Below, in pieces: positions 8,478 through 17,994 of a stretch of 64,000 nt of DNA (the first letter of the stretch is position 1; each line of letters begins with the position of its first letter). Origin of the DNA: a virus. Lineage: Duplodnaviria; Caudoviricetes. The position numbers were made by a program, and so were the translations under genes. The DNA is taken from IMG/VR virus record IMGVR_UViG_3300031993_000015. The stretch is one strand, 5' to 3'. Below the pieces are notes generated by a model, which saw only the letters and a program-made list of their open reading frames with translations, did no database searches and was not told the origin of the DNA.

Positions 8478-10046
8478 ATGAGCATCACAAAAGAAGACAT
8501 CGGGGAACTCCGGAACGCCCTGATCAGTCTCAACGGGGTCGTCCTGCGGCTACTGGACAAGCTGCCCGGCGACCATGAACCCACTCACAACAAGCGAGAC
8601 TTCCGCGAGGAACTGGACAGGCTGTTCCACAGCTCCTCGACGGGCAGCATGGGCATCGCTGACAGCAAAGCGCCAGAGCCGCTGCATGGCTCTGCGTTCG
8701 TCGAGAATCTGCAGAGGAAGTCAGACAACCTGGATGCTCTCCGCGAAGCCAAGCAGAGTCGCATGGTGCGTACACTCATCACCAGCGACACGCCTGGCTG
8801 CGAATGGTCCGGCAACAAGAACCAGGTCCGTATCTACGGTCCCATCAAGGACGGCATCCTGGAAGGTGACGAGTTCATCGTCACGGAGTCCGGCAGTCTC
8901 AGCGACTGCATAATCAAGACGGGCGGCAGTGTCCACAACGCCAGCATCACTAACTGCCAGCTGGCTATGGGCAGTGTCACGGTGCACGGCTCCAAGGCTG
9001 TCATGTCGGACTGCTGCATCAACTCCGGCGGCAAGCTGCAGATCTGGTCCAGCGGCGCGTCGGCCGTGCACACTACGGTCTATGGCGGTGGCTACTTCAG
9101 TATCGCACATGGAGCCAGCGCTGACTTCGTGGATATCAAGGGCGGCGGCAGTGTCTGCGTCTCGGATACCGGCTGTCTTACCAGTGCCGTTGTGTCTTCC
9201 GGCGGCAACCTGTTTGTTACCAGTGCAGGCAAGCCAGTCCAGCATATCAACGTACTCAAGTATGGCAATGCGCATGTCGGCGACTGTACGGTCGGTGCCA
9301 TGAACGGCTACGGAGTTGGCAACAAGCTGACAGTCGGCTCCGGCGCCACAGTGTGTCACATGACATGCAACGACGGCGATGTTCGTGTGCTGGGTAAAGT
9401 ACAGAACTGCAACCTGCAGAACGCTGATCTGGAATTATTACGGGACGCGCATGTCTACTCGGCGCTGGCCGACAGCGGCGCACGGATCGACATAGGCTGG
9501 CATGCCAGTTCCTGGCGCTGCAGCGTGCGCACCGGCGCGAAGATCTACATTGGTACATCAGGTTCGCTGACCGAGCTGGCTGCCACAGACGCGAACACGT
9601 CTGTCTATGTGTCCTCCGGTGGGTACATAAATGGCGGCCGCATTGGCGAGAAAGCAACCTGTGTCAATGATGGGCACATCAACTCCATTGATGTTTCCGG
9701 TTACGGGACCAAGATGTCAGTTACGTCCGGCGGCACGGTCAACATCACCAGGGTCTACCAGAGCGGCTTCGTGGAGGTACAGGGAGGCGCTGGCATGAAC
9801 GCCATCGACGTTTTCGACGGAGACATCGTGGTTCACTCTGGCGGCAGCGTCGCGGAGGTCACACTTCGTGAGGGCTGGCTTCATGTGATGTCCGGCGCCG
9901 TGGTCAACAAGTGCATCCAGAGCGGCGGCACCATCATTGTCAGCTCCGATGGGATTTGCAAGGTGGAAAATCGCGGCAGCGGCTCCATCGAGACACTCAG
10001 GGGCGGCTACAGCTATGTCATGCACACAAAGGAGAACGACGAATGA
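8478..10046 (+). CDS. AIDA-like repeat (beta-helix) protein
   Basis: Repeated V/IxSGG turns (INSGG, VYGGG, VSSGG, VTSGG, VHSGG, IQSGG); no signal peptide or beta-barrel seen. Confidence 0.7.
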   Translation: MSITKEDIGELRNALISLNGVVLRLLDKLPGDHEPTHNKRDFREELDRLFHSSSTGSMGIADSKAPEPLHGSAFVENLQRKSDNLDALREAKQSRMVRTLITSDTPGCEWSGNKNQVRIYGPIKDGILEGDEFIVTESGSLSDCIIKTGGSVHNASITNCQLAMGSVTVHGSKAVMSDCCINSGGKLQIWSSGASAVHTTVYGGGYFSIAHGASADFVDIKGGGSVCVSDTGCLTSAVVSSGGNLFVTSAGKPVQHINVLKYGNAHVGDCTVGAMNGYGVGNKLTVGSGATVCHMTCNDGDVRVLGKVQNCNLQNADLELLRDAHVYSALADSGARIDIGWHASSWRCSVRTGAKIYIGTSGSLTELAATDANTSVYVSSGGYINGGRIGEKATCVNDGHINSIDVSGYGTKMSVTSGGTVNITRVYQSGFVEVQGGAGMNAIDVFDGDIVVHSGGSVAEVTLREGWLHVMSGAVVNKCIQSGGTIIVSSDGICKVENRGSGSIETLRGGYSYVMHTKENDE

Positions 10047-11428
10047 AACTTACAGCTGATACTCTGAGAGAATGCATTGAGCTCAAGAGTTGCACCAACG
10101 AAGAACTGGCGAAGCTTCAGAATGTCTTCGATGAACTCAGCAAAGGCATCAATGACATCCTGGACGAACGTACTGGATGGGACGAGATCCTGAACGACAA
10201 GCCGCATGAACCTCCCAAGATGGAACACATCTGGAATGCAGAGCCCAAAGGGAGACAACTCGATGAGCACATCTGTGGTTGCCTCAAACGGCCTGGTTTT
10301 GCTGTCTATGAGCTTCGTGAAGGATACAGCAACTGGACCATTCAGCGTCCCGCCTGGACTACAATGCATCCTGAATTTATGAGCACGCGGAATGGCATCA
10401 TGATTTCCTGCTGTGACATCAAGGATGCTACACTCGTGCTCTCCAAGTCCTACAACTTTGCAGACTCCTGTTCTGTTTGCAGTGCTGGCAGATTGGTCGT
10501 TGGTGGCAGCGCTAAGGCGAACAACACGGTTGTGCACAGCGCTGGTGATCTCCTTGTCAAGCAGGGAGGTTACGCATACGGCACGGAAGTCATGAGCGGC
10601 GGTACGCTTGAACTCAACAGCGGAGGCACTGCGAGCGGCACTGATGTCAGACGTGGTGCGCTTATGCGCGTTATTCGTAACAGCGGTGGCTGTGCATACG
10701 ATACACAGTTGACGGGTAATATGCATGTTACTGATGCCACAGTCTCTGGTGTTACTATGAGCGAAGCCCGTCTGTATGTCAACAGTGGCGCTCATGTTGA
10801 CAACGTCTGGGCCGGTTCAGACGGCTATCTGTCTATAAGCGCAGGTGTCGCATGCAACGTTGTTCTGGATCACTGCGGTGCAAAGTGTGCTGTCTGGAGT
10901 GGCGGTCGTCTGATCAACACAAGCGTTGGCCCTGACTGCAGTGTGACGGTCTACGTAAGTGGCTATGTGAACAACATAGTTATCTCCAGTGGTGCGAGCG
11001 TACACGTTCTGAATGGCGGCATTGTGAATGATGCTCGTGTTCTCCCTGGCGGGATTCTCAATGTGGACTCTGGTGGTTCCGTTCTGTCCAATGGAAAGCC
11101 TTTGAAAGGCATCTATGGATACGACTCGGAAGGCAGGAGCGTTGATCATACTTCTGATGAGTGCAAGGATGTTCACGTCTACAACATTTCCTGTGGCTGT
11201 CTCCAGGTACATAACAGTGAATCCCTGATAATTTCCAGTGGTGGCTGTGTGTATGATACGCAGATATATACAGATGGATCTGCATTCGTACATGCCGGTG
11301 GTACTCTTATACGTCCTACAGTGTTCAGTGGCGGCGCTGTTTATGTATATTCCGGTGGTGTTGTAAAACATCCCAACATAGTTGCAGGAGGCCGTATCAT
11401 CGTAAATGAAGGCGGCATTGTAAAATGA
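10043..11428 (+). CDS. AIDA-like repeat (beta-helix) protein, paralog of the upstream gene
   Basis: AAGGAG RBS and ATGA overlap; VMSGG, LNSGG, VWSGG, ISSGA, VDSGG, VFSGG, VYSGG. Confidence 0.7.
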   Translation: MKLTADTLRECIELKSCTNEELAKLQNVFDELSKGINDILDERTGWDEILNDKPHEPPKMEHIWNAEPKGRQLDEHICGCLKRPGFAVYELREGYSNWTIQRPAWTTMHPEFMSTRNGIMISCCDIKDATLVLSKSYNFADSCSVCSAGRLVVGGSAKANNTVVHSAGDLLVKQGGYAYGTEVMSGGTLELNSGGTASGTDVRRGALMRVIRNSGGCAYDTQLTGNMHVTDATVSGVTMSEARLYVNSGAHVDNVWAGSDGYLSISAGVACNVVLDHCGAKCAVWSGGRLINTSVGPDCSVTVYVSGYVNNIVISSGASVHVLNGGIVNDARVLPGGILNVDSGGSVLSNGKPLKGIYGYDSEGRSVDHTSDECKDVHVYNISCGCLQVHNSESLIISSGGCVYDTQIYTDGSAFVHAGGTLIRPTVFSGGAVYVYSGGVVKHPNIVAGGRIIVNEGGIVK

Positions 11429-11433
11429 ACCTT

Positions 11434-11468
11434 GCGAGGGCTCCGAAAGGGGCTCTCGCTTTTCTTTT
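11434..11468 (+). terminator. Rho-independent terminator
   Basis: GCGAGGGCTCC-GAAA-GGGGCTCTCGC followed by TTTTCTTTT. Confidence 0.8.
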
Positions 11469-11476
11469 AGAATGGC

Positions 11477-11512
11477 CTTAATTTGAGCTGGTTTTCGGGC
11501 ATACTAAGATGA
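11477..11512 (+). promoter_or_regulatory. Phage promoter-like motif, copy 6
   Basis: CTTAA-N16-GGCATA-N5-ATGA. Confidence 0.7.
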
Positions 11513-11602
11513 AGCGGTTATCGCATAGGACCGACTTCTGCGGGCTGCTGTGTCACGGTGATACAGGGCTGAAGAAACCTCCAAAAAGAAAGGAGATAAA
11601 CT

Positions 11603-12037
11603 ATGAAAGTTATCACTACTTACCAGTTCGATTTCATGTTTGATTTTGACAAGAACTTTGTTTTTCTCGAAGACATCGCTACGGCTATTCAGAATGATGC
11701 CAGCTTGAAGAGGGCTGTTGAAATCTACAACATGGACGGAAAACCGGAAGAGCATTTTTCGTGGTTCCCTGTCAGGTATACGGCTGCAGAGCGCAAAGCA
11801 GCCAAAGATAACGATATAGAACTTCCGGCATGGATTCCTCTCTATTATGAGGAAAATTCCTATGACGATAAGTGGTCTGATATCGACTTCTTCCAAGGGA
11901 ATGTTCGGGTTGCTCTTCATTGGCCATTCGGTGATAACATCAGTTATCGCGTCACGGGGCAAGATAACTGGTGCCATGAGGCCTGGAGTGAATGCCAGGC
12001 CTTGTGGAACGAGCGCCAGAAAAAGAAAATGGCCTGA
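11603..12037 (+). CDS. Hypothetical protein
   Basis: AAAGGAG RBS; single-gene cassette between a promoter and a terminator. Confidence 0.75.
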   Translation: MKVITTYQFDFMFDFDKNFVFLEDIATAIQNDASLKRAVEIYNMDGKPEEHFSWFPVRYTAAERKAAKDNDIELPAWIPLYYEENSYDDKWSDIDFFQGNVRVALHWPFGDNISYRVTGQDNWCHEAWSECQALWNERQKKKMA

Positions 12038-12045
12038 AAAGATTT

Positions 12046-12081
12046 GACTGGAAGCCCTCCGGGCAACCAGTCTTTTCTTTT
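12046..12081 (+). terminator. Rho-independent terminator
   Basis: GACTGG..GCCC/GGGC..CCAGTC followed by TTTTCTTTT. Confidence 0.7.
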
Positions 12082-12089
12082 AGAATGTA

Positions 12090-12126
12090 CTTGAATACGC
12101 GCATAAATGAGGGCATAATCTACTGA
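12090..12126 (+). promoter_or_regulatory. Phage promoter-like motif, copy 7
   Basis: CTTGA-N17-GGCATA-N5-CTGA. Confidence 0.6.
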
Positions 12127-12212
12127 GGGACTATATAACCAACCGACTGGAGCAGCGAATGGGTCGCTGTCTCTGATAGTCACCAACGGTTCCTCAGAAA
12201 GGATGGCCTCTA

Positions 12213-12551
12213 ATGGAGGAAATCACAAAGTATAAAAGACCGAGAAACGAGGTAATGGCGCAGGCTCTTAGCGTCATGCTGAAAGTGCAGGAACTCCTGC
12301 AGTCGCACATCAGGTGGTTCGAGTCCATGCGGCCCGATCAGCCTGTGGCCGGCGCACTCGTCAACCTGTCCAAGCAGATCCGCGCTGCGGACGAAGAGAA
12401 AGACCCGGAGCACTCCATCATCGGAGGCTCGTTCTATTTCTTCGTGACGCGGAAGTGCCCGCACACGGCGCAGTCCGCGAGCCTCGCCCTGGCTGAGAAG
12501 TTGTTCGACGTGAACTGCGGTATCGAGCAGCTCAAGTCCCAGCTGATCTGA
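12213..12551 (+). CDS. Hypothetical protein
   Basis: ORF with RBS; first gene of a tightly packed operon. Confidence 0.65.
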   Translation: MEEITKYKRPRNEVMAQALSVMLKVQELLQSHIRWFESMRPDQPVAGALVNLSKQIRAADEEKDPEHSIIGGSFYFFVTRKCPHTAQSASLALAEKLFDVNCGIEQLKSQLI

Positions 12552-12558
12552 GGTGCCT

Positions 12559-12933
12559 ATGAAAGAAGAAACAAGACAGGCACTGTCGGATCTCAGCCGG
12601 CAGGTTGAGAAGCTCCAGAACACGATGATCGTCATGATGCGCTTCATGCGAGTGCTATACGATCACACGAGGGCCGACATCTATCTCACCAGTGACAATG
12701 TGCACGACAAGATGTTCGGTGATGTCTGCGACACTGACTGCAAGTACGCGGACAAGGCGTTCCTGGAATGGCTCAGGCATGAGGCTGTGTATGACATCGA
12801 CAGCGACGTCGTGCGCCCCTTCCTGACTATCGACCAGGAGCTCTACGGTCTTGACGGCGACAAGACCAAAGACTACAAGGACACCGTGTACAAAGACGGT
12901 GCATTCATCGCCGATCTCATGAACTTTAACTGA
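12559..12933 (+). CDS. Hypothetical protein
   Basis: GAGGTG RBS; codon bias. Confidence 0.7.
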   Translation: MKEETRQALSDLSRQVEKLQNTMIVMMRFMRVLYDHTRADIYLTSDNVHDKMFGDVCDTDCKYADKAFLEWLRHEAVYDIDSDVVRPFLTIDQELYGLDGDKTKDYKDTVYKDGAFIADLMNFN

Positions 12934-12944
12934 AGGAAATCAAA

Positions 12945-13370
12945 ATGGACGACAACAAGAAAATCAATATCAACCCCGCCATGCGCGAACAGCTGGACGC
13001 CGCGAAGAAACTGCTCGACTCTGACCCTGAACTGAATGAAGCCTTCGAGCTCTTCAAGTTCAAACAGGATATCTCCATCATCTTAGAGCGCTGCGTGAAG
13101 TATCAGGACATCATCGTCGCGCTGAACAAGGTGGACGCCCTGAAGACGCACCCGCAGGTCATGGTCGAGTACGCGAACAAGGGCGAGGAAGCCAACGCAG
13201 AGTTCCACAAGCGTGTCGAAGAAGCGCACGACAGCGGTGTTCTCGACGACAAGCACTACGAAGAACTGAACACGATGTATCGGGTGTTCCAGCTCGGTAT
13301 CATGCTTATCAAGCTGTTCGACAACAAGAAGGAGTCTGACGATGGATCTGAAGACGAAAATCAGAACTGA
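12945..13370 (+). CDS. Hypothetical helical protein
   Basis: AAGGA RBS; codon bias. Confidence 0.7.
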   Translation: MDDNKKININPAMREQLDAAKKLLDSDPELNEAFELFKFKQDISIILERCVKYQDIIVALNKVDALKTHPQVMVEYANKGEEANAEFHKRVEEAHDSGVLDDKHYEELNTMYRVFQLGIMLIKLFDNKKESDDGSEDENQN

Positions 13371-13665
13371 GCTGGAGAAGGCTCACTGCGCCGCCCTGAA
13401 AACGGGCGGCACGGTGGATTCCGCCGCAGCCGACGTCATCGCGGCCGGCTGCATCTTCAAGCATGTCACCGGTGCGGACTTCAGCAAGTCCATCCAGTGG
13501 ACGCGCAACAACGACAACGCCGTCACCGGCGGCGTGCTGTATATCAAGGGCATCAAGATATGCATTGGCGGGTCCAGCAAAAAGACAATCACAAGGGAGC
13601 TGGCTTTCCACGTGCACAAGCTGCTGCCCTATTTCATCGGAGAGGAGCTTGTGGCAAATGGCTAA
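13342..13665 (+). CDS. Hypothetical protein
   Basis: AAGGAG RBS; overlaps neighbours. Confidence 0.65.
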   Translation: MDLKTKIRTELEKAHCAALKTGGTVDSAAADVIAAGCIFKHVTGADFSKSIQWTRNNDNAVTGGVLYIKGIKICIGGSSKKTITRELAFHVHKLLPYFIGEELVANG

Positions 13666-14176
13666 CTGCTGCGACATTTCGGTTCATATCGTGATCCCGG
13701 ACAAGGAACAGGCGAAGGCCTGCTACCAGTGGCTGGAAGACGCCCGCATGGAAGCTGACAAGAAAGGCGAAGGCTTCCAGCTTGGAAACGCCAAGCAGTG
13801 GGTGTTCGACAGCGACGTTGAAATCGACAGCAACGACGTATCCATCTACGGGTGGATCAAGTGGGGCTGGGATGACAACGTCCCGGAGGACTTCGTGAAG
13901 ACCATGCTGGACAAAGGCTGGAACATTGCGGAAGTCAACTGCGAGTTCCACGAGCAGTCCAACCTGTATCATGGTGAGTGGAGCTACGACGGCGGCACGG
14001 GTGTGCTGGAGATCCGCGTTCTGAAGAGTGCATACGTGGACAAGTTCTACGAGGGGCTCACAGAAAAGGACCTCGATGCTGATGACCACTACGACAAACT
14101 GATGGCATACATCGAAGCTGCGCCCGATGACCAGTTCGAAATCTGGACAACACAACTCAAGGAGGTGTCTGAGTGA
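13658..14176 (+). CDS. Possible DUF1281/Api92-like ferredoxin-fold protein
   Basis: MANCCDISVHI start, ...IKWGW..., EFHEQSNLYHGEWSY pattern. Confidence 0.4.
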   Translation: MANCCDISVHIVIPDKEQAKACYQWLEDARMEADKKGEGFQLGNAKQWVFDSDVEIDSNDVSIYGWIKWGWDDNVPEDFVKTMLDKGWNIAEVNCEFHEQSNLYHGEWSYDGGTGVLEIRVLKSAYVDKFYEGLTEKDLDADDHYDKLMAYIEAAPDDQFEIWTTQLKEVSE

Positions 14177-14871
14177 AAGACTATGATGCGACACTCATGG
14201 AAGCGCTGCGTGTTAGCACTGTCAACAACGACATCTGTACGATGTCTATTATGGACAATGAGAAGCACATCCAGAAGCTCGTCACTATCCTGGATAAGCT
14301 GGACAGCTTTGTCAAAGCTCCATGCGTACTGGACGCGATCTATGCCGAGATGCGTGGTCGGCGTTATCAAATCGAACTCAACATGCGTGCTATGCGCGAC
14401 CAGCTGGCGGATAGCTACGAGAATGGCGCTATGACGGATGAGAGCTATGCCGCCTGGACCAAGTGGCTGGACATCGTGCAGCGTGATTATCTTCATGTGG
14501 ATCGTGCGAAGTGCAGGTTCAAGAATGGTGACAGATGTCTGGTGGCAGACGCGACCGGCGTGGTCAAGGCAACGATTGTCGGGCTCCCGGATGAGTTCGA
14601 TGAGACAACGTATTTCGTGAAATACGACAGCAATCACGCCAAGAGCAACAATGTCATCGTCATCGAGGAGCGCATAGAAGACAGCCAGCTGTTCCGTGAA
14701 ACAGAAACGGATGAAGCACTCAATAAGGCACAAGAACTGAACGCAGTGGAGTTGCACATCAGTGAATGCGCCGAAAGGGCAGCACAGAACAATCGCTTCT
14801 TCTACCAGGGGCGACAGCGTGCGCTGCAGAAGCAGCAGGAAACACTCAACAAATTGGAGAAACAACAATGA
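14173..14871 (+). CDS. SH3/KOW-like paralog with N-terminal extension
   Basis: FKNGDRCLV...LFRETETDEAL plus coiled coil. Confidence 0.55.
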   Translation: MKDYDATLMEALRVSTVNNDICTMSIMDNEKHIQKLVTILDKLDSFVKAPCVLDAIYAEMRGRRYQIELNMRAMRDQLADSYENGAMTDESYAAWTKWLDIVQRDYLHVDRAKCRFKNGDRCLVADATGVVKATIVGLPDEFDETTYFVKYDSNHAKSNNVIVIEERIEDSQLFRETETDEALNKAQELNAVELHISECAERAAQNNRFFYQGRQRALQKQQETLNKLEKQQ

Positions 14872-15227
14872 ACGGAACTGACAAATACGTCGTTTTCCCG
14901 CCTGAAAACAATTCCATGCCGTTCCAGTGCGGTGAGAAGGTCTGGTTCGCCAGCCTTGTGTACGAGAGACCTATCCTGGTCGAGATCGTGGACATTGGTG
15001 TGGACACTGATACGCCTGGTAATGCCTACCTGGTCTTCAAACTGAACGACACACAGGGCACCTTCGTGGACCAGGACGTCACGGAGGATTGGCTGTTCCG
15101 GTCGAAGGACATGGCCTGGGGTATGCTCATCCAGCACGAGCAGAAGAAGGTCGATGCGCTGCGCGACGAGATCATGAAGATCGAGTGCAAGATCGCCGAC
15201 TTCCGCAACCAGCAGGCGGAGATCTGA
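14868..15227 (+). CDS. SH3/KOW-like paralog plus coiled coil
   Basis: FQCGEKVWF...LFRSKDMAW. Confidence 0.6.
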   Translation: MNGTDKYVVFPPENNSMPFQCGEKVWFASLVYERPILVEIVDIGVDTDTPGNAYLVFKLNDTQGTFVDQDVTEDWLFRSKDMAWGMLIQHEQKKVDALRDEIMKIECKIADFRNQQAEI

Positions 15228-15228
15228 C

Positions 15229-15576
15229 ATGGGCAACACGCCAAAACAGAACCATCTGTATCTTGCATTTGCGCTTCGTAGATTAGCCAGGGAACTCGAT
15301 GCACTTCATGTCGAGTTCCTTGTGTCGCCTATCAGCGGTATCAGTATCAATCATCAGACGTCCTGGAATCCTGTCAGCATTCATGAGTTTGATGAATCTG
15401 AGGAAGATGGTAGCGTCTGGCACCATATAGATGGTGATCAGTTGAGAACTGCAGCCGCTGTGATACAGCAGAAGGCAGAATTTATGGGACCTGACATGCA
15501 GGAGCCTATCAACCCGCTTGACCAGGATGTTGACGACGATCTTGGTCGTTTCAGTCAGGAGGACAAAAATGAGTAA
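15229..15576 (+). CDS. Hypothetical protein
   Basis: GGAG RBS; packed operon. Confidence 0.6.
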   Translation: MGNTPKQNHLYLAFALRRLARELDALHVEFLVSPISGISINHQTSWNPVSIHEFDESEEDGSVWHHIDGDQLRTAAAVIQQKAEFMGPDMQEPINPLDQDVDDDLGRFSQEDKNE

Positions 15577-15919
15577 GTTGAAACTCAAACCAGGCGATGT
15601 CGTCTGGGTAGTCGAGTCGAGTACACGCATCCGGCGTGCTACTGTTATCAAGCCCAGGAATGGCGAGCGCATGTATGGGTTCGACTACCTGTTCCAGTTT
15701 GATGACAGCACGAACCCTGAACTGTACTCGGACGACGCCACCAATGTCTACAAGAGTCCGGCGAGGGCCTGGAACTCTCTGATCCGTAACGCGGATGCCA
15801 GAGTGCGCAAAGCGCGTTACGCATGGGAGGATGCTCGTGCTTTCCGGTATAGGCTGCAGTGCGCCAAGAAGGATGCGCTGGAAGCAGAAAGGAGACGCGT
15901 CCATGAGCACCAGGCGTAA
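15569..15919 (+). CDS. SH3/KOW-like paralog plus coiled coil
   Basis: LKPGDVVWV...VYKSPARAW. Confidence 0.6.
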   Translation: MSKLKLKPGDVVWVVESSTRIRRATVIKPRNGERMYGFDYLFQFDDSTNPELYSDDATNVYKSPARAWNSLIRNADARVRKARYAWEDARAFRYRLQCAKKDALEAERRRVHEHQA

Positions 15920-16271
15920 ACCCCTGCAGGTCGGTCAGCACCTCTACAAGACGGCATACTGGAAGGTTGTCCACATCGAAGTGGTCGCTTATCACAGTAC
16001 CTGGCGTGGGCGTTACTACGATGTCAAGTATGATAACGGCTATGTCTCAACCTGGACCAAGATCGACAGGGAAGTCTGGTTGGACAATCCGGTGGCTGCC
16101 TGGAAGAAGCTGGTCGAGGATAATGAACGGTCGATCAGATGGTACAAGGAGTGCATCCGTGATATCCGGAAAGACATGCCCAAGTACAGGCGGGCGCTGG
16201 CTCGTGCCGAACGCCTGCAGGCCGCCGGCAAGGTCATGCACGACATCAAGGAAAGGAAGCCCAAGAAATGA
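15903..16271 (+). CDS. SH3/KOW-like paralog plus coiled coil
   Basis: LQVGQHLY...WLDNPVAAW. Confidence 0.55.
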   Translation: MSTRRKPLQVGQHLYKTAYWKVVHIEVVAYHSTWRGRYYDVKYDNGYVSTWTKIDREVWLDNPVAAWKKLVEDNERSIRWYKECIRDIRKDMPKYRRALARAERLQAAGKVMHDIKERKPKK

Positions 16272-16474
16272 CACTTGATGACCTGCTGGGAAACCCAGCC
16301 TACGTCGGGTTATCCGAGAAGGAGAAGCTGGTTCACACCATCAACCGGCTGATCGACAAAATCATGCACGGCAAGTATGTCGGGCGCAACATGGACCACG
16401 AACGTGCGCTTCTGGACGAGGCGCACGAACGGGTCCGCAAATTGGAGAACAACAATGAAACTCAAACCAGGTGA
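16268..16474 (+). CDS. Small hypothetical protein
   Basis: ATGA overlap; helical. Confidence 0.55.
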   Translation: MTLDDLLGNPAYVGLSEKEKLVHTINRLIDKIMHGKYVGRNMDHERALLDEAHERVRKLENNNETQTR

Positions 16475-17063
16475 CGAGCGGTGGCTCGTTGTCGAGTACT
16501 TCGACGGAGACGGTAACGTTTATCCTGTGAAGATCACATCGGACGCCTGTGATGCGGATGGTAACAAATACGGCATACAGTCTTTGCGCAGTGATGTCAG
16601 TCTGCGCGACACGGCGGCCGAGAGCGATCTCTACATCTCGGAGCTGGAAGCATACCAGAGTCTTGTGGCTCGCATGGAGAACAATGCTGAGACATTCATG
16701 GAACACCGTCGCAGGCTGCTGCGCAATCATATACCGGCTGCACGCAAGAGGCTCGAACAGCTGATGTCCGAAAAGGTAGGACAAATGCCGAAGTTCCCAC
16801 GAATCGGAGACACTGTATATCTCATACGTTGGAACATGTGCAGGTCTGCCGAAGTCATCAGCTTGTTCTATCAGGATGGCAAGTTACGTTGCAAACTTCG
16901 TGTCACTTACGGCTATGGAAGCACGGATTTCGAAGATGCCGAAACTGTGTATCCGACTAAGCGTCAGTGCATTAACACTCTGATACGGAAGCTCCGTAAG
17001 ACAAACAAGGACTACATCGACAACCTCAAGAAACAACTGGAGGAAGACAAAAATGGCAAATGA
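16455..17063 (+). CDS. Tandem SH3/KOW-like paralog (two units)
   Basis: LKPGDERWL...LYISELEAY and PRIGDTVYL...VYPTKRQCI. Confidence 0.6.
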   Translation: MKLKPGDERWLVVEYFDGDGNVYPVKITSDACDADGNKYGIQSLRSDVSLRDTAAESDLYISELEAYQSLVARMENNAETFMEHRRRLLRNHIPAARKRLEQLMSEKVGQMPKFPRIGDTVYLIRWNMCRSAEVISLFYQDGKLRCKLRVTYGYGSTDFEDAETVYPTKRQCINTLIRKLRKTNKDYIDNLKKQLEEDKNGK

Positions 17064-17433
17064 AGCCAATGCCTATGGGAACCGTGAGGAGCACTGGGAC
17101 GGCTACAAGATTGGCGACCATGCCTGGTTCGTTCCTGACTGCACCGGTACGGTTGCGTTCGGCGTCGTGACCGAAGTGCGCCTGCAGCTGGCGCCCGGCG
17201 GTCATTGTGTTGTGCCGTATCAGTATGAGTTTACTTTCGATGATCCCGAAGTAGGCGAGCGTACGTGCAATGTGGAGGCCGGTCATGTCTTCGACACAGA
17301 GGTGGAAGCCGTTCGTTGCGCGGAAGCCCTGTGCTTCGACGAAGAACGTGACTACGCCAAGTTGACACATGATCTGCACGAGACACGTGTTGAACTGTCA
17401 ATCCGCAGGGAAGAACTGGAGGAAGCGAAATGA
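17053..17433 (+). CDS. SH3/KOW-like paralog plus coiled coil
   Basis: YKIGDHAWF...VFDTEVEAV. Confidence 0.6.
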   Translation: MANEANAYGNREEHWDGYKIGDHAWFVPDCTGTVAFGVVTEVRLQLAPGGHCVVPYQYEFTFDDPEVGERTCNVEAGHVFDTEVEAVRCAEALCFDEERDYAKLTHDLHETRVELSIRREELEEAK

Positions 17434-17711
17434 GTGTCGTTATTCTTAGCGACGGTCGCTTGTTCGACGATCACAAGCAGTTGATGATTTCTTGTCCGAA
17501 GGCACCAAACTCCTACTGCTGTGTGGATTGTGCTTTGTGTGCGCTGGATACAGACAAACCGGAAGACAACAGGCTTGTGTTTCTGTGCGGTTGTCGTCCA
17601 GGGTTCAGGCTTTTGTCAGAGCCTTACAAACCGCCTGTCGATCTGCAGCGTGAGCAGGGTATCATCCAGGATGACCAGAAAGGAGCTGACAATGAAGTTC
17701 CAGAAGGGTGA
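17430..17711 (+). CDS. Cys-rich small protein
   Basis: CP, CCVDCALC, CGC. Confidence 0.6.
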   Translation: MSVVILSDGRLFDDHKQLMISCPKAPNSYCCVDCALCALDTDKPEDNRLVFLCGCRPGFRLLSEPYKPPVDLQREQGIIQDDQKGADNEVPEG

Positions 17712-17994
17712 CATCGTCTATCTCGTTGACATCGAGACACTGGAAGAGAATCCGAGTCTCGATTCAGACACGTATCCTGTGATCTGGCGCGGTAAGGTCA
17801 CGGACATTGACGAGAACGGAAACATGCACGTCGATCTGGAGCCCAACGGGTTGTCTCCTGCAGTCGGTGTCGAAGGTACGAACATAGAGGATCTCTTCTA
17901 CAGAACACCGGAGGAGGCTGTGTGCGAGTTCTTGTCGGACATGCGCCAAAAGCTCGAAGAACAAATCAAGGAACTGAGAGGAGGCTCCAAATGA
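17692..17994 (+). CDS. SH3/KOW-like paralog plus coiled coil
   Basis: FQKGDIVYL...FYRTPEEAV. Confidence 0.65.
   Translation: MKFQKGDIVYLVDIETLEENPSLDSDTYPVIWRGKVTDIDENGNMHVDLEPNGLSPAVGVEGTNIEDLFYRTPEEAVCEFLSDMRQKLEEQIKELRGGSK

Noticed and set aside
5664-12210. tRNA genes in intergenic gaps
   Set aside because: No cloverleaf with a GTTCRA T-arm seen by eye; tRNAscan-SE would settle it.
13051-13063. Extra palindrome copies (CTTCAAGTTCAAA here; partial matches near 7442, 52857 and 63305)
   Set aside because: Only half-sites or cores; they lack the symmetric ATTTT/AAAAT arms.
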